Shown here in pieces: positions 30,180 through 44,149 of a DNA stretch of 64,000 nucleotides. The stretch spans positions 114,824,001-114,888,000 of the forward strand of contig OZ024743.1 of assembly GCA_964016885.1 (NCBI GenBank), in the 5' to 3' direction. Made by a program: the position numbers and the translations under genes. Within the stretch, counting starts at the first letter, position 1. Each line of letters opens with the position of its first letter. The notes beneath the pieces are model-generated. The model saw only the letters and a list, made by a program, of their open reading frames with translations, ran no database searches and had not been told where the DNA came from. Source of the DNA: Eledone cirrhosa (taxonomy: Eukaryota).

Positions 30180-30232
30180 CTGCTATATATATTTCAGTGA
30201 CAGCCATCTTTGGCTGTGACCTCTTCAGGCAG
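30180..30232 (-). ncRNA. Minimal hammerhead ribozyme in a palindrome arm
   Basis: Minus strand ctgc-CTGAAGA-ggtcacagcca(aaga)tggctgtcact-GAAA-tatat-ATA-gcag. Confidence 0.8.
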
Positions 30233-30429
30233 TTTGAAGAGGTCACAGCCAAAGATGGCTGTCACTGAAATATATATAGCAGTAATAAACGAAGCTAAAT
30301 TTTAATCATTTGACTTTTATTTAACTTTATTTTACACTACTCCGGAGTAACCAAACCAACCTGCGCACTTCGTCGAGTGCTCCAGCCTTCATACTGAGGT
30401 GTTGGTATACAACCAACATAAACTCAAAA

Positions 30430-30505
<76 letters not shown>

Positions 30506-30695
30506 CAGAAATATATGGAGGAGAAAGCAAAAAGCAAGATATTTGAAAAGAAATAATATTATAATATTATAATATTATAAAATTAAATCAAATTGTTTAG
30601 AACTACAAGTGAAGTCATTCTTTTCCTTTTTTCAAATATACCTAACTCTACCAAGGATTTCACACATTTTCTAATATATATATATATTAGAAAAT

Positions 30696-31176
30696 GTTAT
30701 TTGTTTTTATCGTCTCCGTTGAACCGGTACGTACTCACGCTCTATGCAAATTAGTCTGCCCACTACTAATTTTCATAGAAAAAGCATATAACGATATGTG
30801 CTTTTACGATTCTCTAGAAAGGCCGGAAGATAGGTAAATATTGCTGATGAGATGTAACAACATCGAAACTAGTCCAATATTCCTTGTCTGGCTTTCTGGA
30901 GAATAGAGGAAAGGTGTTTCCTCAAAAACCAGTATGACTCTAAAAACCGGTTTGTCTGTGTGTTTACATACAGAATAGCTGGACACTCACAGTAAAGTGA
31001 CCAGTGAAAAACTCGGTACATCTACATATGTACACGTGTGTGTATTCATATGCATACTAGTATTTCAGTATACATATGTGGATGTACATTTTTAACTTAA
31101 TTGTTTAAGCGTCAGTCATACAAAAGTGAGTTACAAACGAAACGAAATTTAATTTCGTTTCGTTATTTGTTTTTAT
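30696..31176 (+). mobile_element. Non-coding 466-bp HHR-containing unit with 15-bp terminal direct repeat (retrozyme-like)
   Basis: gttatttgtttttat at 30696-30710 and 31162-31176; canonical HHR at 30837-30881; several internal hairpins. Confidence 0.7.
30837..30881 (+). ncRNA. Type I hammerhead ribozyme, canonical core
   Basis: aatattg-CTGATGA-gatgt(aaca)acatc-GAAA-cta-GTC-caatatt; 7-bp stem I extendable to ~30811-30900. Confidence 0.9.
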
Positions 31177-31530
31177 ATATATATATATATATTAGAAAAT
31201 GTGTGAAATCCTTGGTAGAGTTAGGTATATTTGAAAAAAGGAAAAGAATGATTTCACTTGTAGTTCTAAACAATTTGATTAAATTTTATAATATTATAAT
31301 ATTACGAGTTGGTAGATCTAGTAAGTTCTTTGTTAAATTCGGTGGGAAGATTTTAAAGATTCCTGGTTAACTTTCTCGCATTTGTCGGTGGCGATTGTCA
31401 AACTGAGATCAGGTTGTGTTGTGACGTGTGACTCTAATTATAGGAGAGATTTGAATGAGTCTGGGGGTGGGGTGGAGGTGTTAATGAGTGTGGGAGTGAA
31501 GGAGTGTTGATGAATATTTAAAGGAATTAA

Positions 31531-31610
<80 letters not shown>

Positions 31611-31614
<4 letters not shown>

Positions 31615-33206
31615 AAATGGTGAATGGTGACAGCAAGATAATGGGTTTGGTTTTTTAAAGAGTGTTTAAGGAAGGCGCTGTAAAAGTGCCCTCCTGCTGG
31701 TTTCATTTCATCCAACCTAAAGAAACTGCTTACCAAGGCAAAATTTACGTCTAATAATGAAGCAATGCAAATTAAGAAATGTGGGGACGCTCGATGCGGA
31801 ACTTGTGAACACATTGAAGAGGGTGGGAAAATCTCCTTTAAAAACAACTAGTTTTTCAAAGTTAATGCAAACATGAATTGCAAAACTAAAAACTTGATTT
31901 ACTGTGCAACCTCCACACAATGTAAAGAATACTACATTGGTGAAACCGGAACGGGTCTATATGACACAGTTCGAGTATATAAACAACAAATTAAAGATCC
32001 CTCTGTCAGAAACACAACATGCAGTGAACACTTCGCAACATGCCGAAAGGGAAAATTCACAATTTTTCACTTCTTTAAGATATGGTCGGATAACGAACAT
32101 TCCGAAAATATAGAGAAGAATCCTTTATTAGAAAGTACAAACCACTACTAAACACAAAAAAATGATATTCCATCTTCAAATAATGGGATTCTGCCCACTC
32201 TCTCCCTCTTTTCTTTAAAAACATCTCATATTGAAAATAGAAAATTATCCAAATACAAGTTGATGACACCCGCACTTTCAAACATTCGATCGCTGAAGAG
32301 AAGAAAAACCCTCAGAGGTACACTAACATTTCATTAATTCCCTCTTCCCCACCCCAATGTATATGTGAACTTAAATACTTGTGTAGTTGTGTGTGTAGAT
32401 GTATCTGTAGGTGTACAGGTATGTGTATATGTATGTGTGCATGTGTGTGTGTATATATGAATATATGTGTATGTATGTGCGTGTGTAAGTGTATATGTAT
32501 GTGTGCATGTGCGTGTGTATGTATATATATATATATATGTGTGTGTGTGTTTATATGTGTGTTTATATGTATGTGCATGCATGCATGTATGTACATATAT
32601 GTGTAGATGTGTGTATTTGTGTATATATATGTAGGTGTATATATATATGTGTGTGTATATACATGTATATATATATATATATATGTATGTATATATGTGT
32701 ATGTATGTGTGTGCATGTGTTTGTGTGTGTGTATGTATGTAATGTATCTGGGCTGTAAGTATATTTACATATAGGGCAGTAAATAGGTGAGCTAGCCTCC
32801 CCCCTCGCACACACACACACACACCTCCTCTCCCAAACCAATATCAACAACATACAGTTCTGACAAATATTCCCAAATTATCTTTATTCTTCTCTTTGCT
32901 GTCATCCCTTTCTTATCAAAAGACATGTATCTTACACCTCATTAACCCCTCCCCCCTAACCGTCACCACCACCAGTCACACACCTAAGTTCATCTTTAAT
33001 ATAGAAAATTGATGAAGGTAATCTTTATAACTTTAAGATAGTTGATTAAGCTATGAGAAACGAATTTGAAAAACATCGTGCCATTATATTCATAAAGGTC
33101 ATTTATTGAAATGGAACCCGCAGGAGGGCACTTTTACCACATCTTTCTTGAATAGTCTTAAAAATACCCAACCTATTATCTTGCTGTCACCATTCACCAT
33201 TTTCTG
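31611..33206 (+). mobile_element. PLE GIY-YIG fragment (Neptune-like) with inverted end copy
   Basis: KKCGDARCGTCEH, NCKTKNLIYC...CKEYYIGETG; 31611-31710 inverted at ~33106-33206. Confidence 0.8.
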
Positions 33207-33210
33207 TGTA

Positions 33211-33276
<66 letters not shown>

Positions 33277-33408
33277 GTTATTAGGAGTATTCCAAAGCTT
33301 GCTAGAACAAGTTGTGAGGAAAGTTCTCAACATACGTTAAGGTGACTCGACAGGTTGGTATGGAATCTGTAGTGGAAACACGAACAAACGAGGAGTGTAA
33401 TCAAAGAA

Positions 33409-33886
<478 letters not shown>

Positions 33887-34179
33887 TTTAATTCCTTTAG
33901 ATCTCCATCAACACCCCTTCACTCCCACGCTCATTGACACCCCCAGACACATTCAAATCTCTTTTATATATGGAGTTACACATCACAACACAAACCTGAT
34001 CTCAGTTTGGTTTTGGCCACCGACGAATGCGAGAAAATTCTCCAGGAATGTTAACCAGGAATCTTTAAACATTTTTCCACCGAAGTTAACAAAAAAATAC
34101 TAGATCTACCAACTCATAATATTATAAAATTAAATAAAATTGTTTACAACTACAAGTGAAGTCATTCTTTTCCTTTTTT

Positions 34180-34221
<42 letters not shown>

Positions 34222-34226
<5 letters not shown>

Positions 34227-34697
34227 ATACTTGGGGAGGGTCATATTTGTGTAATATTGCCAGTTAATAACAGAACACACTCACTGTTTGGTTGGTTTTC
34301 GCTTATCGCTTCTGTGTCTTTTATATCGGTAATCTAACTTACTCGGTCCTCAATGTTGCCATTGACTGACCGACGGTCAAAAATAATACAGATACAATAT
34401 AGACACACACACATACATATAGTTTATCAATGATAAACTATATGTATGTGTTTGTGTCTATATTGTATCTGTATTATTTTTGACCGTCGGTCAGTCAATG
34501 GCAACATTGAGGACCGAGTAAGTTAGATTACCGATATAAAAGACACAGAAGCGAGAAGCGAAAACCAACCAAACAGTGAGTGTGTTCTGTTATTAATTCT
34601 GGCAATATTACACAAATATGACCCTCCCCAAGTATAACAGTATTTGTTTCGACACACGATTTCATATAAAAAACCTCGCAAAACTAATTCATCGCCG

Positions 34698-34700
<3 letters not shown>
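34222..34700. repeat. Hairpin of the 3' end of the PLE family at 24060-25705
   Basis: Apex tttatca-a-tgataaa at 34430; arms match 25453-25665. Confidence 0.88.
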
Positions 34701-34740
<40 letters not shown>

Positions 34741-36478
34741 AAAGGTAAACAGAAATAACAACACAATCGGTACAGTATATGGAAGCTATATATTAGGTTA
34801 TCGCTTGATATTGCAGGAGGAGGGTCTTAAGGTTTCGGACGCTAGTCATTCATCAGAAGAAAGAATGAGAAATAAAATAGATCGAGGGGACGGGCGGGAT
34901 GGAATTGGAAAAAAATGTCTTTAGATAAAAATAACAGGTCCATTCATGTTGATATGTCTTAGAGGAAGTATTGAAATATTCCTGCGTTTTGTAAAAGAAA
35001 ATACAGGAGGATAACTTAATTATGATTTTATTCATCATATTCCCCTCCCAGATTCACACACTTATTGCAGCGGTCATACCTCCCCTGTAAAGGTACAATT
35101 TCTGCCCTTTCGCAATATCCTTAAAGCCAGGAAATTTTAAATGCTCCCGCGTACATACGTATATTGACCTCATTTTCCATACTCTGGAATAAATTAACGT
35201 CATAACGACGCAAACAAACCCATAATTGTTTCTGGGTATGTTTTATTGTATTTATGTTTCGTCCAGAATCATAACATTACGCCATTTTATTCTTCGCTTG
35301 TGGCTTTTATTACTTTGGTCTGTGGCTAACCAATAACCGTTCATAGTTCACCCACGAGTGCTTCCAAATTCTTTTATTGCTTGTATTGGTTTAGCTACAG
35401 TTTCATTTTGTCTAGTTTTTGGTAATCTTCTTCTCCACCTCTTCCTTCCTCATCTTATATTTTTTTACCTTGGAGATCAACAGATTATCGTTTTCCATAT
35501 TAACAACATCTTTAGGATTTAAAGAAGTCCTTTCGGCATTCATTGCTTTTAGATTTCAAGTAATTTTTGTGCGTTTTGTTATTTGTTTTGATTTCTGATG
35601 TATTTGTTGTTGTTATCACCATCATCATGATGATTTCCGTGTTGTTTTTACGTTCTAGATCTCATTCAAGATCCAGTAATCTCTTCTTTTATTTTCCTTT
35701 CCATTTTCTTTTCGATTTTAAATGTGCATTCTGCTTTGGTTCAGACATTCCGTTATTAGGAATATCTTCTATCGATCTTAATTATACAACCATTAACCCC
35801 TTCATATTATAATGAAATCAAACATCTTCAACTTTACACCTTAAATCTCCCTCATATCCATTCGTGTTCATGATATAATATAATTGTTTCTTCTTTTGGG
35901 CCAAGGCCAGTGCATTACTGGTACTTTATTTTAGCGACCCTGTAAGGTAAAGTTAACCTCGACGGGATTTGAACTCAGACCGTAAAGAAAACATGGCGTC
36001 CAACCCTCTACCGAAACTGCCAATCTACCTATAATATAATCAACATCCCACACACAACAAATTGTTGGCTTAGTATCTAAATTATAAATAATAATTATTA
36101 ATGTATTTGTAATACGTGTATGTTGTGCCGCTACAATTTTCGGTATTAGTGTTGATTTGTTTTTTAAGGTTTAACACCAAATAAGCCCGATCGTTCATAC
36201 TTACTATGAAAGACATTCCAAGTATGACACTTCAGTTAGTTGTATATCCATATAGTATTGCTCAATACGCCATTCCATTTATAAAACATATACATATAAA
36301 AGATTTAATAATATGGTAATATTATACTCTGAATGGTGTCGATTTTATAGAATTGGTAAATATCCAATTCATACAAACACACACACACACAATCATATGA
36401 ATATCTATATATATATCTATCAACCTGGCTATCAATCTATCTACCTATCTATTCATTTCTATCTCTCTCTATCTCTGA

Positions 36479-36581
<103 letters not shown>

Positions 36582-36742
36582 TGTAATAAACAACATAAGG
36601 TAATATTTCATTTACCAGTGGTTTCTTGAAAGCAAACACATTTTGCTTTCAATCATCAGAATGAAAAAACCCTGGTGTATTTATTGACATTGGATTTTAA
36701 AAGCCTTTTTAAAATCCAATGTTAATAAATACACCAGGATGT

Positions 36743-36803
36743 TTTCATTCTGATGATTGAAAGCAAAATTTGTTTGCTTTCAAGAAACCACTGGTAAATG
36801 AAA
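36743..36803 (+). ncRNA. Hammerhead ribozyme (mirror copy on the minus strand at 36606-36666)
   Basis: tttcatt-CTGATGA-ttgaaagcaaa(atttg)tttgctttcaa-GAAA-ccactg-GTA-aatgaaa. Confidence 0.85.
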
Positions 36804-37189
36804 TAATTAACTTATGTTGTTTATTACATAACTATTAAGCTATCTAGCCTACATAGAGCACTCCTTTTTCCTGGACCTTTCCGACGGAATAACTTCATTT
36901 ACACACATATATATATAATCAGGAAAGAAGAGTGACACGGTTTGCTATACAAAAAAGGTTTCTAATCTCATTGCTGACAATTGTTTCTCTGAACTGGTAG
37001 GTCTAGAGATCGCTACACCTAAGTAGACTATCTATAACAATAATCTGTTATCCCATATATATATTTGTGTGTGTGTATCATACACACACACATGAGTGTG
37101 TATGCAGATGTATAGTAATAAATATATATATAATTTTGTAATTTTAGAATCGTTTCCATTAAACGTTATTTCATTATTTTCATTTGCAG

Positions 37190-37254
37190 CTCTGATTTCC
37201 TTCAAACACTTATCGAAGCATATGACAGCAGTATTCCACCTGGATTTGACAAAG
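37190..37254 (+). CDS. Internal coding exon (N-terminal helix) of a GlyR/GABA/GluCl-type Cys-loop ligand-gated ion channel
   Basis: tttcatttgcAG acceptor and aaag|GTGAGT donor; reads SDFLQTLIEAYDSSIPPGFDK, resembling GlyR SDFLDKL...YDARIRP; phase-1 end joins the next exon in frame (G+AG=Glu). Confidence 0.85.
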
Positions 37255-37341
37255 GTGAGTCTCTTTTATGCGTATGGATGCGCTCACGTGTGTATGTGTG
37301 CCTCTGCATGTGTGCGTGTTTGTATGTGAATACACACACAG

Positions 37342-37378
<37 letters not shown>

Positions 37379-37540
37379 AAGAAAAACTGAGAGTCATAAA
37401 ATACATGTGTATAAACATATTGACATACAATCATAAGTACATAGTCACCCATGCATAATGGATACATATATATGTGTGGGAGTACATTTATTTACATAAT
37501 TGATTTACTTATCATTTGATATTGAAGCATCCATATATAA

Positions 37541-37612
<72 letters not shown>

Positions 37613-37770
37613 ATACTTTGGGAGGGTCATATTGCCAATAAGAAACACACGCACCAGTTGCTTTCACTTCAATTTATTATATATTTATAAATTTATAAAT
37701 TTACAAATCTACAAACTTATAAATTTCTGGTTGGTTGGTTGGTTCCACAACCAGATAGTTGTTTATATAT

Positions 37771-37815
37771 AGTCATAGTCCTTTCGTCACACACTCTGTG
37801 ACCTCTTCAGTGACT
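37771..37815 (-). ncRNA. Minimal hammerhead ribozyme in a PLE end (same family as 9773 and 25416)
   Basis: Minus strand agtca-CTGAAGA-g-gtcaca(gagtg)tgtgac-GAAA-gga-CTA-tgact. Confidence 0.78.
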
Positions 37816-38136
37816 GGGGATTCCTTTCTTTGTTTCTGTGCCTTTCCTTTCTTCTGTCCTACGCCATTTTGTTTCTGGGTGTGTGTTGTGTGCTCAGTTT
37901 GCGCATGCGCCACATCCAGGTATCTGTGTGTGTTTGTGTTCATTTATCTATTTGTTTATTTATTTACATGTTGTTGGTTGGTTGTTTGTTCTATGTGTGT
38001 GTGTGTTTTCATTGTTTGTTCTATAGCAACTGGTGCGTGTGTTTCTTATTGGCAACATGACCCTTCCAAAGTATAACAATATCGGTTTCAACACACGATT
38101 TCAGATAAAGAATCTTGCTAAACAAATTCAGAAACG

Positions 38137-38181
<45 letters not shown>

Positions 38182-38184
38182 TAC

Positions 38185-38223
<39 letters not shown>

Positions 38224-38252
38224 GATATATATATACATATATATATATATAC

Positions 38253-38280
<28 letters not shown>

Positions 38281-38283
<3 letters not shown>

Positions 38284-39644
38284 AGATCAAAAGATGGTTA
38301 AAAGAGTTCCAAGTATTTTATTATGCGCATTTCAAAAACAAATATCATCATGAGATGACATTTGCGTTTTCATCAGATAAAATAGGGATACAAGATATGA
38401 AGGTTAAAAAACAGTTGTGAATAGTGAAGTTTTAAATCAACATATGAAAAGTAATTTAAGATTGATGTGTGATATTGGGAAAAAGTGAGGGGGTGTGGAA
38501 AGCGTGAAAGAGAGGAGGAGATGAGAGTAAAGAATGGTGGGGGAGGAGTATAATAAGGAAGGATGAGATAGGAGGAGAGATGGGTGATAGAGAGAGAGAG
38601 AGATAGCCTTTAGAACTGAGAAAAATATATATTGTTTCACAGAGAGAGGTTAAAAAGCCGTTGGAGGATAATATATAATTTAAAAGAATTTGAAATTAAA
38701 AGTTGCTGAAGAGAAAAAAAAGGGTTAAGAATAATATTAAATTAAGGGTTAAGAATAATATTAAATTAATGATGTTAGAGTTTTTTCTTCCTTAAACATA
38801 TATATTTTGATGTTAGAGTTTTTTCTTCCTTAAACACTATTTTCTTCTTTGCTTTCTGCGCTCATTTGTAAACAAACTATTTACATATATTACGCATACA
38901 TATTACATTACATAAAAACAAACTTAAACACTAACTAATTCCTCTAAATTCATAATTCATCCACTCTTCTACTTCTTTTCAGTTTATATCCTTAATAACA
39001 TTAATATTTTTATTTTAATAATACATTTTATATAATAATAAACAATTTCTTTTCATCGCACATATTATTAAACCCTTCAATATACAAACCTTAATTTAAT
39101 ATTATTCTTAACCCTTTTTTTCTCTTCATCAACCTTTAAATTCAAATTCTTTAAAATTATATATTATCTTCCAACGGCTTTTTAACCTCTCTCTGTGAAA
39201 CAATATATATTTTTCTCAGTTCTAAAGGCTATTTCTCTCTCTCTATCACCCATCTCTCCTCCTATCTCACCCTTCCTTATTATACTCCTCCGCCACTATT
39301 CTTTACTCTCATCTCCTCCTCTTTTTCACCCTTCCCCCCCCACCCCCTCACTTTTTCCCAATATCATACATCAATCTTAAATTACTTTTCATATGTTGAT
39401 TTAAAACTTCACTATTCACAACTGTTTTTTAACCTTCATATCATGTATCCCTATTTTATGTGATGAAAACGCAAATATCATCTCATTATGATATTTGTTT
39501 TTGAAATGCGCATAATAAAATACTTGGAACTCTTTAAACCATCTTTTGATCTTATATTATTTATACTCCAGTCCTACAAAATGTAGAGTGCTACTTATCT
39601 GATATTTGCATTGCTTTATTGTACTACAATAAAACTCACCTCCT

Positions 39645-39645
<1 letters not shown>
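38281..39645. repeat. Inverted pair of PLE pLTRs (family of 14686-16325) inside the channel-gene intron
   Basis: ~38281-38770 mirrored at ~39090-39557, plus a ~85-nt tail on the right arm. Confidence 0.82.
38314..38384 (-). ncRNA. Hammerhead ribozyme (mutated relatives at 39452-39522, 14721-14790, 16130-16200)
   Basis: Minus strand tattttat-CTGATGA-long stem II-GAAA-tgcgc-ATA-ataaaata; 8-bp stem I, palindromic GCGC loop. Confidence 0.85.
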
Positions 39646-39710
<65 letters not shown>

Positions 39711-39718
39711 AGGAGGTG

Positions 39719-39771
<53 letters not shown>

Positions 39772-39959
39772 ATATCATTGGATTTTACACAATATCAACT
39801 AGGTAGATATGTATGCATGTCTGCATGCACGTGTGTTCAGGTATGGATGCTATTGTATGTGTGGATATGGATGTTTTGAGTTTTATTTGTGCATGTGCAT
39901 ATGCTTTGTATCTGTACAAGTGTATATGCAGTTATTAGATGCAGAATTAGATGCATAAA

Positions 39960-40455
39960 TGTTTTTACATAATTTTACTGTTCCTTGTAATTTCCTAGCT
40001 AGTCGTGTTCTTTCTGTTTCTGTGAAGTTCAGCTTCTAAAGATTTGTATTGAGGCAGTTACTAACATATACCAGTGACCCAATAATTACAGGCATAAATC
40101 TGAAGGTATAGTCAGGGTGGAGTATCTGCAGATTTTTCATTAATTCTGCATAGATATTTTCCTTTTCGCTAATCGTTGATATTATATTGGCATCTGCTGG
40201 GCAGCTAACTTCCACTACAGTGCATGCCTTCTTTTCCCTGTCCCATATAACATCTGGTCTGTTATGCCTGCATTTTATTGGGGTTTTTACTGGAACACTC
40301 CACCAGTTTTCATTTTTTCATATTATATATCTGCATGTCTTCCACATTGCTGTAGCTTTTAATGTCTTTATTATCGAGCTAGCTTTTCTATGGATAGAGT
40401 TGTACAGTGTTTTGAGTACTACATCCTGACCTCATAGGTAGATAGTACCGCGATG
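39960..40455 (-). pseudogene. 3' fragment of a restriction-like-endonuclease LINE (R4/Dong-like)
   Basis: Minus strand HNRPDV..DREKKACTVVEVSCPAD and FMPVIIGSL motifs. Confidence 0.7.
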
Positions 40456-40482
40456 TATGTATGTATATATAGCCACACACAC

Positions 40483-40583
<101 letters not shown>

Positions 40584-43580
40584 TACGCACACACACCTAT
40601 ATAATAAGGTTGGGTGGTAGGACACCAGGTGGAGCATAACGCACCAGAATACTCAATACTTATGGTAGTAGAATGGGTAATAGGAAAATAGTATCTAGCT
40701 GTCGAAATGTCCGGAGCTCAGCGTCGGGGTCCTGACACTTTTCAATATATATATATATATGCCTATGTTTGTGTATGCTTAAATATATATATACTACATA
40801 TATGTATACTGTATATACCTGTACACAGACATTCACACACACATAATATATATATATATATCATTTCAACACACATACACACATGAGAGGGGGAGCGTTT
40901 GAAAGCGCAAGAGACTAATATTTATATATGAATTTAAATAGATATACATATATACAGAATATATACGATTATATGCAACTATACACTCACACATAGTCAT
41001 TTATGTATGGCTACAGATCATACACATAATCACTATATAACTATATATATGTTATTATAATCGTTACATACACATCTGTTAAGCGTTTCTTACTTGAGAC
41101 ATTCTAACCACATGCCTCTCATATCGGAGCTGTTATCTCTCTACTCAGGGAAATAGTGGCTTTACGTGGAGCGACTATCTGATCTCCGAGCTCCGCACTC
41201 TATCGAGTAATCTTCCTCCACAGACGCCTCAGAGGAAGCCAATTTGGGCTGCTTGTATTCACAATCTTATTCTTTCAGTCATTATCCAAGTTTCATGACC
41301 ATAGGTAATATATGATTAACATTTTGAAGAGGAAAATTGTGATTATTCTGAAGTATGTTATGTGTTCTAAAGGAATATGGCCTGCAAACCCATCGTAAAT
41401 AATTCATATTCCGTGGTAGCTTCCTCGAGCCGAAAACTCTATGAACCCGTGTCTAAGACGGGTTTAATAGGAAACATTTCACCATGGGATATCTGCAGAT
41501 GTGGCATTGTACATTTACTCCCGTCCATCTTTTTCACCAGCAAGGAGTTGAGTTGTCGCGAAATCGTTACCAGTCCATTCCATCCATGATATTATCTGCG
41601 TATTTTTTTTTTTGGTGTTCTTGCCCACTTTTCCACTGAACTTTTAATTAGAGGATGGTTTTCGAATTAAAGCCAGTAGGAACATTTTGGACAATATATT
41701 CCTGGATATACGAAAAGGTTCAATGACCTCGTGTTGAAAACCTTTTATCATAGGTATTGTAAATCAGGTTTGACGCGGTCTTAGGCAAACAAACAAACAA
41801 ATATAATTATTATAAGCAGCAGCAGCAACAACATCAAGAACGTTGATGCATTAGAATAAATATAACAACATTGTTACAGTTTACTCCCCATCACCGCCAC
41901 AGTATATATAAATCCTAATCGTGCATATCTATAATCAAAAGGTGTTTCCTGTTGTGGCAGTCAGAACTATATTGTGTATATAAAACTCTTGTCGTGGGAA
42001 TCAAAATCATAGTGTATCTATAAATCTATGTAAAGCGTTTATATATTTCTAAGAGTGAAAGATAGGATTCGAAGGTAAGACCAACACGTAGCCTCCATTT
42101 GACTGTGTAGTTTAGCAAACACGTAGCAGCGCGCTGTTTAATCCGATGCTAAGCCTGATCCAACGGACATTCCGAATGTGGTCATCCCGTATTTTCATAG
42201 TAATTAGAATACATTAATCAACACGCCTTTCTTGTCTTTAAGATAGCAAGATGGGGGAGATTAGGCAAATATATGGAGCAGGTCAAGCGAGTGTGTAGAG
42301 TTTCCACAGTAGATTCTGCAGTTTTGGCAGCGTGAATTTAATATAATGGATTCAGCGTAACAAAGACACTCCTTACTATTTGAAGATCGTCTTAAATAAT
42401 TAATTAACAAGATAACATTATACATAACTTGTATTTCAATGTGTTGCTATCTTGTATATTCCATTTCACCATTAAATAATGGTTCTTATTCTCGATATTT
42501 TATGATCACGTTTAAATATTTTAGAATTCTGTGGTTTTAAACATAGACAGTATAATGTTTAAAACCAACAATTAATTAACTCAGAAACAGGCTTTTGTTG
42601 GTCTTCCCATTAGTAGTTTGCTAAAAGTAGTTTGATTATAGAGGATGGTTTTAAGCCAGAATCCACACAACTTCAAAAAACTGTCTCCCTCTTCTACTTC
42701 TCGGAACAACCACTTTTGAAGATACAAAAGTTGAATACTTCCATAGACATTCTATTTTCTGTAGCAATCTAGTAAGTGTATATCAGTATAATTGCAGCGA
42801 AGTGGCAGAGTTGTTAGAACGTGAAACAAAATGCTTTCTGGTATTCGTTCTGACTTGCTGCACTCTGAGTTCAAACCCCACCGTGGTCAACTTCGCCTTT
42901 CTTACTCATTCTCCGAAAGAAATTAAATGCATTCAGGTCTGGGGAAGGATAAGCTCAACCAGTTTTAAAATACCCATGCCACGCCATACGTTATTATGGC
43001 ATCCCTATAATGTCATCAGGTGTTACGGTTCCCTACATACATGCAGATCAATATATTTACATTTTAAGGATAAAATTGATATTAAATAGAACATATGAAC
43101 CAGAGTCGAACCATCGTAATTTCTAGTCCATTATAATTAAGCTATTGGCTTTAAATATTCCCTGACTGAAGCATTGAAATCGAGAGGCTTCTAACTTGGC
43201 GTTGTTGGCTTCAGAATATTCTGGGGGTAGGGAAATTCTAATTCACAGTAATGCTAAGATGAGTTTCTATAAACGCATATCCTGAAGGTGGACCATTGAA
43301 CAATATAGGGGGCAATGCTATACCGTGAACCGCCGCTTGCGCGATGAGCCAGTAATATTGTATATATTTTACGAACAAAGCGTGGTGAGAATTTGAGAAA
43401 GATTCTCAAGACTTACCACACATTATAACACATAATATCGATGAAACTGTCGTTTTGGACGATTAGTTTTCCAGTTGTTCGACAAACGAAACACCTCATA
43501 AAAATAAAATGTATGTGATCGGAATGTTGATTATTATAATAGAGTCTCCTTATAAGAAACCATTATTTTATATAAGAAAG

Positions 43581-43770
43581 GGTGGTGGATTGGCAGTATC
43601 GGTAGAGGGTCGGACGCCATGCTTTCCAGCATAGTTACGTCCCTTTACGATCTGAGTTCAAATCCCGCCGAGGTTGACTTTGCCTTTCATCCTTACGGGG
43701 TCGATAAAATAAAGTACCAGTAATGCACTGGGTAATTGCTGGCCTTGTGCCTAAAGTAGAAACAATTATT
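43581..43770 (+). mobile_element. tRNA-derived SINE, full length
   Basis: A-box TGGCAGTATCGG, B-box GAGTTCAAATCCC, core gactttgcctttcatccttacggggtcgataaaataaagtaccag, (ATT) tail; attattttatataagaaa on both sides (likely target-site duplication). Confidence 0.88.
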
Positions 43771-44149
43771 TTATATAAGAAACCATTATAATAGAGTCTC
43801 CTCACTCTTAAATAAATAAATAAAAATCCTTAAAATCAGCTCGAAATGTTGACAAAATGTGACTGTAGCATTTTAAATCGGGATAAATGAAGCACAACGG
43901 AAACTCGGAATTGTCACACATACGTATATTTCCCACTCGTCAGCTGTCACGTGTATGTTTTTGTGTTTTCATAGGCTAAGACAGTGCCATATTTCCCTGC
44001 ACACAAAGAGTTATTTGGGATAAAAATATAACGTATATGAAACAAGAAAACACAGAAGTTATAAGCCGGGGTATTATGATCTAATTTACAGGGAAATAAT
44101 ACGAAATATGTACATACCAATGCGGAGAAAGAAAGAACCTAAAATAGTT

